Shown here piece after piece: positions 47,309 to 56,832 of a stretch of DNA of 64,000 nucleotides (within the stretch, counting starts at the first letter, position 1; the number at the start of each line of letters is the position of its first letter). Under the pieces are notes generated by a model, which saw only the letters and a list, made by a program, of their open reading frames with translations, was not told the origin of the DNA and searched no databases. Source of the stretch: Prochlorococcus sp. scB243_495D8. GTDB taxonomy: Bacteria; Cyanobacteriota; Cyanobacteriia; PCC-6307; Cyanobiaceae. A program made the translations under genes and the position numbers. The DNA lies in contig JFLT01000015.1 of NCBI GenBank assembly GCA_000634195.1, forward strand, positions 148,858 through 212,857, read 5' to 3'.

Positions 47309-47758
47309 GTGCAGATTGGAGATAAAGTTCCAGAATTCTCACTACTGGATCAAAATGGAGTAAAAAGAACAAATAAGGATTTAAAAAATCCTCTTGTTTT
47401 GTTTTTTTATCCAAAAGATGATACGCCAGGTTGCACTATAGAAGTTTGCGGATTTAGAGATAAATATGACTTATTTAAAGTATTAGGTGCGCAAGTTTGG
47501 GGAGTAAGCAATGGAAGTACCTCAAGTCATTTGGCATTTGCCAATAAAAATAAATTACAATATCCACTACTTTGCGATACGAATGATTCTCTTAGGAAAA
47601 CTTTTAAAGTTCCTAAAGTATTAGGTTTTATGGACGGTAGAGTAACTTATGTTATCGATCGAAAAGGGACTGTTAGGCATATCTTTAGAGATTTATTGAA
47701 TGGTCCTGAACACATTAAAGAGGCTATTAGAGTACTTAAGGAAATTCAAAATCAATAA
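47309..47758 (+). CDS. bcp: Peroxiredoxin Q / bacterioferritin comigratory protein
   Basis: FFYPKDDTPGCTIEVCGFRD, RVTYVID. Confidence 0.93.
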   Translation: MQIGDKVPEFSLLDQNGVKRTNKDLKNPLVLFFYPKDDTPGCTIEVCGFRDKYDLFKVLGAQVWGVSNGSTSSHLAFANKNKLQYPLLCDTNDSLRKTFKVPKVLGFMDGRVTYVIDRKGTVRHIFRDLLNGPEHIKEAIRVLKEIQNQ

Positions 47759-47826
47759 ATTATTTTTCAAAGAATTCTAGATTTATAAGTTTTTGTTTTA
47801 TTATATTCTCAGCTTTTGTATGATAT

Positions 47827-48099
47827 ATGAAAAAGAATGGAATGCAGGCTGTTGATCTTGCTATCCAAAATGGTGTGGATCTTGACGGAACTCCAATACC
47901 TCCAAAAATGCTTGATCTATATAACAGAATTATGCATGAGGAGAATAAAAGACAAAGGAGCGGTGTTAAAAAATCAATGAGAAATAGATGCGTTAAAACG
48001 GGTTCTAAGCATTTTGATAAAGAAACATTGAATCAATTATTAATTGACTCAGGATGGGAAGGTCTTAAAGAAAAGGAAATTTTATTTTTTTATAGCTAA
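47827..48099 (+). CDS. DUF4090-family cyanobacterial protein
   Basis: AVD.AI..GVDLDG.PIP...L.LY...M.EE..RQRSGV..SMR.R.V..G.KH pattern. Confidence 0.75.
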   Translation: MKKNGMQAVDLAIQNGVDLDGTPIPPKMLDLYNRIMHEENKRQRSGVKKSMRNRCVKTGSKHFDKETLNQLLIDSGWEGLKEKEILFFYS

Positions 48100-48197
48100 A
48101 AAATTTTTAATTATCTTAAAAATAATATATATGACAATTTTTACTTAAATTAAAAAATGAGAGCACATAAAATATTTTTTAGATCTAATTTTTTGAA

Positions 48198-48542
48198 TTA
48201 TTTAAGCCATCCTTTTTTGTTAGAGGACATTATTTTCTCTTTTTCAGCTTTTGTTTTATTACTTGCTTTTTTGAAAGCCAAGTTAGCTTCTATAACTGTA
48301 ACTATTGATATGAAAAAAAGACCAGAAATGCCAATTATTTGTTCATTTTGAGAAGGTTCTGAATCTCTTTGTAAAAAAATACCTAAAGCGAACCATGCAG
48401 TACTAGCAGTAATGGTAAAAAAATAGGGTTTCCATCTTCTTTGATATAAGTAGCCCGATCCTAAACCAGGAAGAAAATTTAAAAAAGATGCTACCCATCC
48501 TTTTGAAGATGAAAGTATTTCGTCTCTTGAGGTATAAGACAT
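48198..48542 (-). CDS. Hypothetical membrane protein (TM2-like N-terminus)
   Basis: A.FLNFLPGLG.GYLYQRRW plus two further TM segments. Confidence 0.75.
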   Translation of the reverse strand: MSYTSRDEILSSSKGWVASFLNFLPGLGSGYLYQRRWKPYFFTITASTAWFALGIFLQRDSEPSQNEQIIGISGLFFISIVTVIEANLAFKKASNKTKAEKEKIMSSNKKGWLK

Positions 48543-48547
48543 TTATG

Positions 48548-48652
48548 TTAGGTATTTATTAAATGAGAATTTATATAAGCAAAAGATATTGCTGCACAAA
48601 TTACCCAACTAAAGGGTAAGAACATTCTTATTTTTTCTTTGATATTATTCAT
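48548..48652 (-). CDS. Single-TM microprotein (34 aa)
   Basis: MNNIKEKIRMFLPFSWVICAAISFAYINSHLINT; stop 5 nt before the next gene's start. Confidence 0.5.
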   Translation of the reverse strand: MNNIKEKIRMFLPFSWVICAAISFAYINSHLINT

Positions 48653-48722
48653 TTTTTAATTATGGAAAATATTTTTAAAATCTGTGGATTTAATATATCC
48701 CTTAAAACTAAAAGAATTAAAA

Positions 48723-48745
48723 AAAGACGGTTTTTAACCGTCTTT
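48723..48745 (-). terminator. Intrinsic terminator
   Basis: AAAGACGGTT-TTT-AACCGTCTTT with a T-run on the minus strand, just after the 48773 stop. Confidence 0.75.
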
Positions 48746-48772
48746 GAAAAAAGTAATTTCTCTAAAAATAAA

Positions 48773-49009
48773 TTATTTATCTTTTGAGGCTGAGAGTACT
48801 TTAAGTTCTTTTTTTACTTCTTTTTCTCTCTCTTCAAGATGTTTTAGTTGAGCTTTAAAAGCATCTTCAAGTCTTACTTTTTGTGTTGTAATTTCATCAA
48901 GCTCTTCTTGATGTTGGTTTTTCTTTAATTCCTTCATTTCACTATCGGAAATAACATATACAGGGCGATATGAAGGTGTTTCAAAAAGAAGATCAAACAT
49001 TGAATACAT
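48773..49009 (-). CDS. Small coiled-coil protein (MYSMFDLLFETPSYRPVYVISDSE...)
   Basis: ATG 49009 preceded by AAGGT; the track's extension to 49123 crosses a repeat-rich, likely regulatory region. Confidence 0.75.
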   Translation of the reverse strand: MYSMFDLLFETPSYRPVYVISDSEMKELKKNQHQEELDEITTQKVRLEDAFKAQLKHLEEREKEVKKELKVLSASKDK

Positions 49010-49214
49010 AAGTGACCTTTGAATTAGTACAAATTCAATATCTGATAATTCTTTGGGATATGAAAGGATAAATACCGAAGATACTGATACGGCAAATACA
49101 CCGAACTTCGGTTTACCTAACATAACCGCCCAGTATTTACCGATCTAATTTTAAGGTATATTTTAAAGTATCAAGGAGATGATTCTAAAAACCTAAATCA
49201 AGAAAGAACTAAAA

Positions 49215-49643
49215 ATGGATTTAAAAATTACTAAAACATTAGTAATCCCATCTAGCGAAATTAAGTGGCGATTTTCCAGATCCTCCGGTCCTGGAGGACA
49301 AAATGTAAATAAAATTGAAAGCAGAGTAGAGATTATTTTTGATTTAGAAGATTCCAAAGTATTAAATGATTATCAGAAAGAAATTCTTAAGAGAAACTTG
49401 AAAAACAAATTAATAAATAATAGCTTACGTTTAGCGGTTCAAGAACACAGAAATCAATTATTAAATAGGCAGCTAGCTTTAATGAAATTTAGTTCAATAA
49501 TAAAAAATGCTTTAAATAAACCTTTTAGATTAAGAAAATCTACACAACCTACTCAAGCATCACAAAAGAAAAGAGTTGAGGTTAAGAAAAAACGTGGCGA
49601 ATTGAAAAAAAGTAGACAAAAAGAAAAAATATTTCAATTATGA
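49215..49643 (+). CDS. arfB: Alternative ribosome rescue factor B (YaeJ)
   Basis: RSSGPGGQNVNK GGQ motif, R.Q..NR, basic C-terminal tail. Confidence 0.94.
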   Translation: MDLKITKTLVIPSSEIKWRFSRSSGPGGQNVNKIESRVEIIFDLEDSKVLNDYQKEILKRNLKNKLINNSLRLAVQEHRNQLLNRQLALMKFSSIIKNALNKPFRLRKSTQPTQASQKKRVEVKKKRGELKKSRQKEKIFQL

Positions 49644-49715
49644 ATAAACTAAATAAATATTTCCCTCTCAAATTGTAATGAAAGCATATTATTAATTAAA
49701 TTTCATTTTGGCTTT

Positions 49716-49964
49716 TTGAATATAACTAATGATTTCTGGTTAATTGACTCAAATTTTGTAGGGGTGATTCGTTTCTATAAAGATAGAGATAATTCTGATA
49801 AATCTATTGATTATATGTTTATTGAAGAAGGAATTATTATGGGAATTCATGGAGAAAATCCTCCATTAATGAAAACTAGAAAAAAAATTGTTATTGAAGA
49901 AGCAAGATTATTATGGCAAAAATTGTTAAATGAAGGTTGGCAAAAAACTAATAAAAAATGGTGA
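49716..49964 (+). CDS. DUF1651-family protein
   Basis: WL.D, PPL.KTR......A...W..L...GW.....W pattern. Confidence 0.75.
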   Translation: MNITNDFWLIDSNFVGVIRFYKDRDNSDKSIDYMFIEEGIIMGIHGENPPLMKTRKKIVIEEARLLWQKLLNEGWQKTNKKW

Positions 49965-49992
49965 GTAAATTCTACAAAAACTTTTTTTAATT

Positions 49993-50199
49993 TCAGACAA
50001 TAAATGAACCTTTAGGGTATAGCCTGGAAATTTTTTTCTGCTGTAAATATTTCTTTTTTTTGATGTCGTTTTCATATCTTCTCAACATTATTAAATAGTT
50101 TGTAAATCCAAAAATTATTAAAAACAAAATAAACCTTATTCCTGCCTCAAAGTTCATATGAATATTAATCTTTATTTTAATATGACAATTACTAATCAA
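49993..50199 (-). CDS. Small membrane protein (start probably at internal ATG, MNFEAG...)
   Basis: One TM helix and basic tail ending RLYPKGSFIV. Confidence 0.55.
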   Translation of the reverse strand: MISNCHIKIKINIHMNFEAGIRFILFLIIFGFTNYLIMLRRYENDIKKKKYLQQKKISRLYPKGSFIV

Positions 50200-50219
50200 A
50201 AATCAATCCGTATTTATAT

Positions 50220-51107
50220 CTAATTAAAACGTCTAGTAAAAATCTTTTTTGATTTTACTGTATAAAAAATACATAATAAAAGTAATATTAAAATTGCACT
50301 AAAGCTTCCGATTGGGTTCGGAACATTTTGTGTAAAAGGGCCTGCTAAAAAAGAAGGTGTATTTTCTTTGAATTCTATTAATCCATTATTTAATAAAAAC
50401 CAAATGCCCACAAGTCCTCCATGAATCCCTATACAACTCCATAAAGAACCTTTATCTATAATTTTTACTAATGATAGAAATATCCCAAGTAAAATAAATC
50501 CCAAACGTAATCCTGCTATGTTCCAAAAGATCTCATTTGATAAATTATGAACGAAACTAAAAATTATAGCTTGCAAAGCTATTGATATTTTTGTGCCATT
50601 TTCAAATTTTAATTCTTCTAATAACCAGCCTCTAAAAATTATTTCCTCTGCGAATCCAACACCTAATCCCAGTACAATAGAATTTAACAATATTATTGGC
50701 GAGAATTCACCTATCCAAGAAATATAATTTTTTTGTAATAGTGGTACCAGAATTATAATTATTAAAACTAAAGCAAATAAAATACCTTGAGAAAAATTGA
50801 CAAAGTTTTTTAAAAATTTGTCTTTTGTTATCCCAATAAGTATCCAAGCACTTGATTTGTTTCGTTTGATGTAAAACCAATATGGAAGTAAAAGGATAAA
50901 AAGTAAGAAAGTAATAATAGTACCAATTAAGGATAAATTTTCTTTTTCAAAATTAAATAATAAAAGTGGCTGAGATAAAGCCCAGCCAATGCCATAAAGA
51001 ATAGGAATAAAAAATATAGTGGATAAAAATCTTGGTCTTAAAAGAAAAAAACTTTTTATTAATATCATTACATTTTTCATTTTAGTTTGAATATTAATTA
51101 ACCCCAA
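50220..51107 (-). CDS. CPBP (CAAX/Abi) intramembrane metalloprotease
   Basis: EEIIFRG, F...H, IGIHGG motifs; about 8 TM helices. Confidence 0.88.
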   Translation of the reverse strand: MGLINIQTKMKNVMILIKSFFLLRPRFLSTIFFIPILYGIGWALSQPLLLFNFEKENLSLIGTIITFLLFILLLPYWFYIKRNKSSAWILIGITKDKFLKNFVNFSQGILFALVLIIIILVPLLQKNYISWIGEFSPIILLNSIVLGLGVGFAEEIIFRGWLLEELKFENGTKISIALQAIIFSFVHNLSNEIFWNIAGLRLGFILLGIFLSLVKIIDKGSLWSCIGIHGGLVGIWFLLNNGLIEFKENTPSFLAGPFTQNVPNPIGSFSAILILLLLCIFYTVKSKKIFTRRFN

Positions 51108-51295
51108 CCTTTGCCTTTTATTATTCTAGCCACTTGTTCAAAAAGTTTTAGCTTTTTCTTTTTACTATAGTTTATGTTTTTTGAAAGAATAGATAAATCT
51201 TTATAAAATTGCCGAGTTATTTTATCTTCTTTATCGCTAGGCCATAGTAAATCTGAGCCCTCTTCATATTCTTCTCTATACCTCTCTTTAATCAA
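51098..51295 (-). CDS. Hypothetical small protein
   Basis: 65-aa ORF co-oriented with the CPBP gene. Confidence 0.55.
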   Translation of the reverse strand: MIKERYREEYEEGSDLLWPSDKEDKITRQFYKDLSILSKNINYSKKKKLKLFEQVARIIKGKGWG

Positions 51296-51500
51296 TTGTT
51301 TTTTAATCTCGTAATAATATAAATTTTACTTATTGCAAATTCTTGAAAGTGATGTTTATTAAATTTGTATATTTAAAATTTATGCTGATTAATCTTTCAA
51401 CTTTAATTTTTACATTATTATCTCCATTGCTTATTTTTGCAGTAATAGTATCTGTTTACTTATTTCATTAGGAAGTATTTATCAAATAAACTTAATTAAT

Positions 51501-51596
51501 TTAAGGGTGTATTATGCCTACTTTTTCTAATACAAATGACAAAACTGCAATTGCCGCCATTAGTGTTAAGATCTTGTTCTTTTTGATGAAATCCAT
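51501..51596 (-). CDS. Single-TM microprotein (31 aa)
   Basis: MDFIKKNKILTLMAAIAVLSFVLEKVGIIHP, translated by hand. Confidence 0.5.
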   Translation of the reverse strand: MDFIKKNKILTLMAAIAVLSFVLEKVGIIHP

Positions 51597-51813
51597 AATC
51601 AATATTAATAATCTATTTATAAATTCTTATGTAGAATAATAAATAATTTAAAATCATTATATCAATTACGATGGAGCCAATATATTTAGGAGATTTAATT
51701 CCCTCAATAGCTTCTTCTAAAAAGATTAATAAAAAATATGATAAAGGGTTAAAAGAGGTGGAATTTTATGAAGAACCTACTGGCCTTGATTTTAATTACC
51801 CTAATTGGTAAAT

Positions 51814-51996
51814 ATGCTTACTACAAAAATAACTTTTGCCTTGTCAGATTGGATTAGAGAGTGGCGTAAGTGCCGGGATAAGAATCCTTCTATTGATGAG
51901 TGTGTAAAATTTGTTGAGTGGAAATTGGAAGATTATAAACTTTCTGAAAGTGATAAAAGAATAATTGAATCTATTTTGCTCTATGAATCTGAATAA
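51814..51996 (+). CDS. Small helical protein (MLTTKITFALSDWIREWRK...)
   Basis: 60 aa from ATG 51814; coding-like composition. Confidence 0.7.
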   Translation: MLTTKITFALSDWIREWRKCRDKNPSIDECVKFVEWKLEDYKLSESDKRIIESILLYESE

Positions 51997-52089
51997 TTAA
52001 GGATTATAGACTTTAAATTTTTATATTTATCTAAAAAACAAAGGATCATTAAAATCCTCTTACAAATTAAGAAAAAAGTAAATCAGCAT

Positions 52090-52429
52090 ATTTACGGATT
52101 TACTCAAAATATAAAAAGGAGTAATTTATACATGTTGAGTTCGGAGGCAATCTAAATGATTGATAGTCCGCCTGAAATTTAGCAAATTCCAAAATATAGG
52201 AAGCGTATTCCTGAGAATGGGATTATTCGAAAATTAAAGTTCAATCAATTAGTCTGATAAGACTTCGCTTTATAATTACTAGCGACAGTAGGGACTTAAA
52301 TTATCGAGAGAAATCCCCGAATTCACGTATTCTAGGTTTATGAGTAAATAGACTTTAAAATATGTAATTTTATATCCTGTAAGAAGGAAATCAAATATTA
52401 AAAAGGACTGTATAAGCAGTCCTTTTTTT
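52090..52429 (+). ncRNA. Candidate ~300-340 nt highly structured non-coding RNA
   Basis: No long ORF; nested complementary segments (52215-52242 with 52291-52324, 52129-52141 with 52351-52366, 52092-52099 with 52374-52382), internal hairpins, own terminator. Confidence 0.6.
52400..52429 (+). terminator. Intrinsic terminator closing the candidate ncRNA
   Basis: AAAAAGGACTG-TATAAG-CAGTCCTTTTTTT, ~400 nt from the nearest upstream CDS. Confidence 0.85.
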
Positions 52430-52503
52430 GTTTAATAAAATACTTCTAAACTAGACTTATTTTTGGATAATATGGATAAATAAAGTGATTAAAATATTTC
52501 AAA

Positions 52504-53454
52504 ATGAAAGATCAAGTCTTGTTTCCGAAAATTGAAGTACGTGAAAAGGGTTTTTTACAAGTAAGTGATATTCATACTATTTTTTGGGAAAGATCTGGTA
52601 ATCCAAAAGGCAAAAAAATTCTTGTTATTCATGGAGGTCCAGGAGGAGGAAGTCAACCAAGATATAGAAGATACTTTGACCCAGATAAATTCGATATTAT
52701 TCAATTTGACCAAAGAGGTTGCGGTTCTTCAACTCCTTTCTCCGAATTAAAAGAAAATACGACCAATCATTTAGTTGATGATATTGAGAAGTTAAGGATT
52801 CTTTTAAAAATAGATACTTGGCATTTGTTTGGTGGATCTTGGGGCTCAACACTTTCACTTATATATGCGATTAAAAATCCATCAAGAGTTATCAGCTTAA
52901 CTTTGCGAGGAATATTTTTATGTAGAAAGTTTGAATTATTGTGGTTCTATCAATATGGTGCAAGTGAGATATTCCCCGATGAATTTGAAGAATATATTTC
53001 TGTAATACCAAAAGAAGAAAGAAATGATTTAATAAGTTCTTTTTATAAATATCTAACATCATCAGATGCAAATCTTAGATCAAAAGCAGCAGCAGCTTGG
53101 ACAAAATGGGAACTCTCAACAAGTCATTTAATAAATAAAAAATTTGATTTTGATAACTCTGAAGTTAATTCTTTTTCAGATGCCTTTGCAAGGATCGAAT
53201 GTCATTATTTTATTAATAATATTTTCTTAGAGGATGATTTTATTTTGAAAAATATAAAAACAATAGAATCGATTCCAACAAAAATAATTCAGGGTAGGTA
53301 TGACGTAGTATGTCCTGTTAGGAGTGCTTGGGATCTAAATAAAAAATTAAAGAATTCTGAATTAATTATTGTTGATGATGCTGGTCATTCAATGAGTGAA
53401 AAAGGTATTACTATCGAACTAATAAAAGCTGTAAAAGGAATTCAAAATCTCTAA
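52504..53454 (+). CDS. pip: Proline iminopeptidase
   Basis: HGGPGGG, FDQRGCG.S.P, FGGSWGS, QGRYD..CP, AGHS catalytic triad motifs. Confidence 0.95.
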   Translation: MKDQVLFPKIEVREKGFLQVSDIHTIFWERSGNPKGKKILVIHGGPGGGSQPRYRRYFDPDKFDIIQFDQRGCGSSTPFSELKENTTNHLVDDIEKLRILLKIDTWHLFGGSWGSTLSLIYAIKNPSRVISLTLRGIFLCRKFELLWFYQYGASEIFPDEFEEYISVIPKEERNDLISSFYKYLTSSDANLRSKAAAAWTKWELSTSHLINKKFDFDNSEVNSFSDAFARIECHYFINNIFLEDDFILKNIKTIESIPTKIIQGRYDVVCPVRSAWDLNKKLKNSELIIVDDAGHSMSEKGITIELIKAVKGIQNL

Positions 53455-53477
53455 AAGAGAGAATATTCCTTTAAAAA

Positions 53478-53651
53478 TTAAAGGCCATTATCTTCAATAT
53501 TTTGTGCAATACTCCTAAGAAGTTCGATGATATCCGAATCTTCGCATTGAGTATCTTCTTTGAGCAAAATGCACTCGTCTCTAATACTTACATTAGTACT
53601 CCACCATATACCTGAACTATTGGTATCGTCCCATTCAAATCTTTCAGACAT
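53478..53651 (-). CDS. Small acidic protein (57 aa, not in ORF track)
   Basis: MSERFEWDDTNSSGIWWSTNVSIRDECILLKEDTQCEDSDIIELLRSIAQNIEDNGL. Confidence 0.65.
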   Translation of the reverse strand: MSERFEWDDTNSSGIWWSTNVSIRDECILLKEDTQCEDSDIIELLRSIAQNIEDNGL

Positions 53652-53778
53652 AATTAATCAAATCTAATAAATACATTAAAGCTTGCATTAGTTCATCGTG
53701 GATTTATATATTTAATTTCAAAAATTAAAAAGCTTTCCTAGGCACTAAAAGGAATCTAGAAATTTCTGACAATAAAAT

Positions 53779-55275
53779 TTAGAAATCTAATTTCAGTTCG
53801 TATTGTTTTTCCTTTTCCTTAGAAACAGTTTTTATATTATTTATATTTTTTCTAAGTCTTTTTCTAGAGCCATGCTTTAAATAAATTTCTTTTGAGATAT
53901 CCCAATATCCATCCTTTTTAATGATTTCCTGGATTTTCTTCTTTGCAGTTTTAGTGCTATTTGGGATGTCAATTATTGGTCTTATGTAATTAATTTGTTC
54001 ATATTCTTCTTGATTAAATCTAGATAATAGCCATGGTTCATGAATAAAATTAAGTGATATATCCTTTAATTCTGGTATCCATTTTTTTATAAATTTTCCT
54101 TGAGGATCATGATCTTTTCCCTGCTTAATAGGATTATAAATTCTATTGGTATTTATAGAAGTAGTTCCAGATTGCATTTGGCATTGGTTCCAATGTATTC
54201 CAGGCTCATAATCTACAAATTTATTTGCTAATTCAGAACCTGAATCTTGCCATGGTAGCCATAAATTATAGCTAGCAAAAGACATTAACATCGCTCGCAT
54301 CCTGAAGTTAATCCATCCATTGAAATTTAATGAACGCATACATGCATCTACAAAAGGAAAGCCCGTATTACCTGAACTCCATGAATAAAGTAATTCATTA
54401 TTTTTTTCTCTAATATTTTTAAAAAAAGGATGGTATTCCCTAAACTCTAGTTCTGGTTCACTTTCAAGTTTCTGAATAAAATGACAATGCCAAGTTAATC
54501 TGCTTTTTAACATCCTTGAATTATTGTTTTTTGATATATTTGCCTTTTTAAAAATTTCTTTTAATGAAATGCATCCCCAACAAATGTATGGAGATAGTCT
54601 TGTACAACTATCAAATGATTTTTCTGGGCTAGATATATCTTTTGAATAAGAATCAAATTTATTACTGAAGAAGTATTGCATTCTCTCTAAACCTTTCTTT
54701 CTTCCACCTTGCATTCTTCCAAGACAAGTTTCTTTTTTAAAGGTAAAAATTTCATCTGAGGGTATTTCTCCAATATTAAAGTTAATGGAATTAATTCTTA
54801 ATGGAGCTTTGAGTAAGTTTTTTTCGGAATTTTCTTGCCACTTTTTAGACCAATTATTCCTATCTAAATTTCCTCTAAAAACTGAAAATTGTAGAAATTC
54901 CTTCCAAATAATATTTTTGCTTAAAGCCCATTCTCTTACTTTTTGATCTCTTTTATAAGTAAGCCAATCTCCGGTTTCTTGATGGCTATATATACCTTTG
55001 ATTTTAAATTTTGTACTAATTTCATCAAAAATATTAATAACATTTCCAGTCCTAATAATTAATGGTTGTCCAATCTCAGCAAGTGCATTTCTTAAATCTA
55101 TTAAACTTTCTTTGCAAAATTGCCATTGTCTATCTGAATGAGTATTTTGACTCCAAATATCTAACTCAATAATATAAATAGGTAAGATATCATTATCTTT
55201 TATAGCCTCACAGAGAGCCTCGTTATCAAAAATTCTTAAATCTTTCTTAAACCATAATATATTTATTTCTTTCAT
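53779..55275 (-). CDS. Photolyase/cryptochrome family protein
   Basis: WFKKDLR..DN, RLSPY..WG, G.TGFPFVDACMR, GWINFRMRAML, DYEPGIH, RIYNP.KQ..D.DP.G.FI..W.PEL. Confidence 0.92.
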   Translation of the reverse strand: MKEINILWFKKDLRIFDNEALCEAIKDNDILPIYIIELDIWSQNTHSDRQWQFCKESLIDLRNALAEIGQPLIIRTGNVINIFDEISTKFKIKGIYSHQETGDWLTYKRDQKVREWALSKNIIWKEFLQFSVFRGNLDRNNWSKKWQENSEKNLLKAPLRINSINFNIGEIPSDEIFTFKKETCLGRMQGGRKKGLERMQYFFSNKFDSYSKDISSPEKSFDSCTRLSPYICWGCISLKEIFKKANISKNNNSRMLKSRLTWHCHFIQKLESEPELEFREYHPFFKNIREKNNELLYSWSSGNTGFPFVDACMRSLNFNGWINFRMRAMLMSFASYNLWLPWQDSGSELANKFVDYEPGIHWNQCQMQSGTTSINTNRIYNPIKQGKDHDPQGKFIKKWIPELKDISLNFIHEPWLLSRFNQEEYEQINYIRPIIDIPNSTKTAKKKIQEIIKKDGYWDISKEIYLKHGSRKRLRKNINNIKTVSKEKEKQYELKLDF

Positions 55276-55361
55276 AATTTTTTATTTTAATCCTAGAAAA
55301 CTAAGATTAAGTTTGTAGGTAAAAAATATAAAAAATTTTAGAATAACTAAAAATCAAAAAA

Positions 55362-55985
55362 ATGAAAATAACAAAAAAACTTTGGGAGGATAATTATGAG
55401 ATTGCTTTACTAAGTTTAAATACAAAATTTGTTCAAGGTTTAAAGAGTGGAAGTCTCCCTAAAAATATATTTCAAGAATATTTAGCTCAAGATTATTTCT
55501 TTTTGGAGACTTTTGCTAAGGCTTATGGTCTTGCTGTTTCCAAATCAAAAGATAAGTATTCAATAAGGAAGTTAAGTGAACTGTTAATGGGTGTTTCAGA
55601 GGAGTTAATACTTCATGAAACGTATGCAAAAGAATGGGATATTGATTTGTCTAATAACTATATTAAAAAAGCCACTAGAAATTATACAGATTTTCTTGAT
55701 GATACTTCCAAAAGACTTAGCTCCGTTGAAATAATGTTTGCAATGACTCCATGTATGAGACTTTATTCTTGGATAGGAAAAAGTTTGTATGAGGAGGATT
55801 TTGACATCAAATATAAAGAATGGATAATTACTTATTCTGATGAGAGCTTTGAAAAGCTAGCAGATTCACTTGAAAATCTTATTGATGCTAATAAAGAAAC
55901 ATATGATATTAGTCAGGCCAAATATTTATATAGGAGAGCTATGGAATTGGAGTTAGATTTTTTTAATGCATATTCAGATTTCTGA
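55362..55985 (+). CDS. tenA: TenA thiaminase II / aminopyrimidine aminohydrolase
   Basis: YL.QDY.FL, PC..LY (catalytic Cys retained), WI..Y, E..FF; upstream of thiD. Confidence 0.88.
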   Translation: MKITKKLWEDNYEIALLSLNTKFVQGLKSGSLPKNIFQEYLAQDYFFLETFAKAYGLAVSKSKDKYSIRKLSELLMGVSEELILHETYAKEWDIDLSNNYIKKATRNYTDFLDDTSKRLSSVEIMFAMTPCMRLYSWIGKSLYEEDFDIKYKEWIITYSDESFEKLADSLENLIDANKETYDISQAKYLYRRAMELELDFFNAYSDF

Positions 55986-56034
55986 TTTAAATTAAAATTT
56001 ATTTATAGTACTTTTAAAAATGAGTTAATAAATT

Positions 56035-56814
56035 ATGTATTCTAAAATTGCACTTTCAATAGGCGGTAGTGACTCCGGGGGTGGAGCAGGAATACAGGCT
56101 GACTTGAGAACTTTCATGGCCCTTAAAGTACATGGATGTTCTGTTATTACATGTATTACCGCACAAAATAGTATAGAGGTTACATGCGTTCAACCAGTAG
56201 AGAAGAATACTTTATTAAATCAATTAGATACCTTATTTGCTGATTTTGGTATTGATGCCTTAAAAACTGGAATGTTATTAAATGAAAGGATAATTAATGA
56301 TACTGCTTCAAAATTAAATACATACAAAATAACCAAAATTATTGACCCAGTAATGGTTACAAGAACTGGTTCTAAATTACTGGAAGATTCTGCTATAAAT
56401 GCTTATAAAAAACTCTTATTACCAATTGCTGATTTGGTAACTCCAAATATTTATGAAGCGAATCTACTTTCTGGTTTAGAAATAATGAGTAAAGAAGATA
56501 TCGAAAATTCAGCAAGAAAAATTATTGGTCTTGGAGCTAAAGCGGTACTTATAAAGGGTGGCGGTTTAAAAGATATGAAAGGGAAGGATTTTTTCCTTGA
56601 CTTAAATGGTAGAAAAGAGTGGCTACTTAATAATTTTATAAATACAAAAAATACCCATGGTAGCGGCTGTACTTTGAGTGCTGCTATTTGTGGTTACAAG
56701 GCTTTAGGTTTTGATCTATTCGATTCCATACAAAAAGCCAAGTTATTTGTTGAGAAATCTTTAGACAATTCTTATAAAATAGGATCTGGCCCTGGTCCCT
56801 TAGGCCATCATTAA
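56035..56814 (+). CDS. thiD: Hydroxymethylpyrimidine/phosphomethylpyrimidine kinase
   Basis: [43 protein letters not shown]. Confidence 0.95.
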   Translation: MYSKIALSIGGSDSGGGAGIQADLRTFMALKVHGCSVITCITAQNSIEVTCVQPVEKNTLLNQLDTLFADFGIDALKTGMLLNERIINDTASKLNTYKITKIIDPVMVTRTGSKLLEDSAINAYKKLLLPIADLVTPNIYEANLLSGLEIMSKEDIENSARKIIGLGAKAVLIKGGGLKDMKGKDFFLDLNGRKEWLLNNFINTKNTHGSGCTLSAAICGYKALGFDLFDSIQKAKLFVEKSLDNSYKIGSGPGPLGHH

Positions 56815-56832
56815 TTATTTATAGAATTGGAG

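Noticed and set aside
55276..55361. TPP riboswitch upstream of tenA-thiD
   Set aside because: Spacer too short and AT-rich; no CTGAGA or other aptamer core
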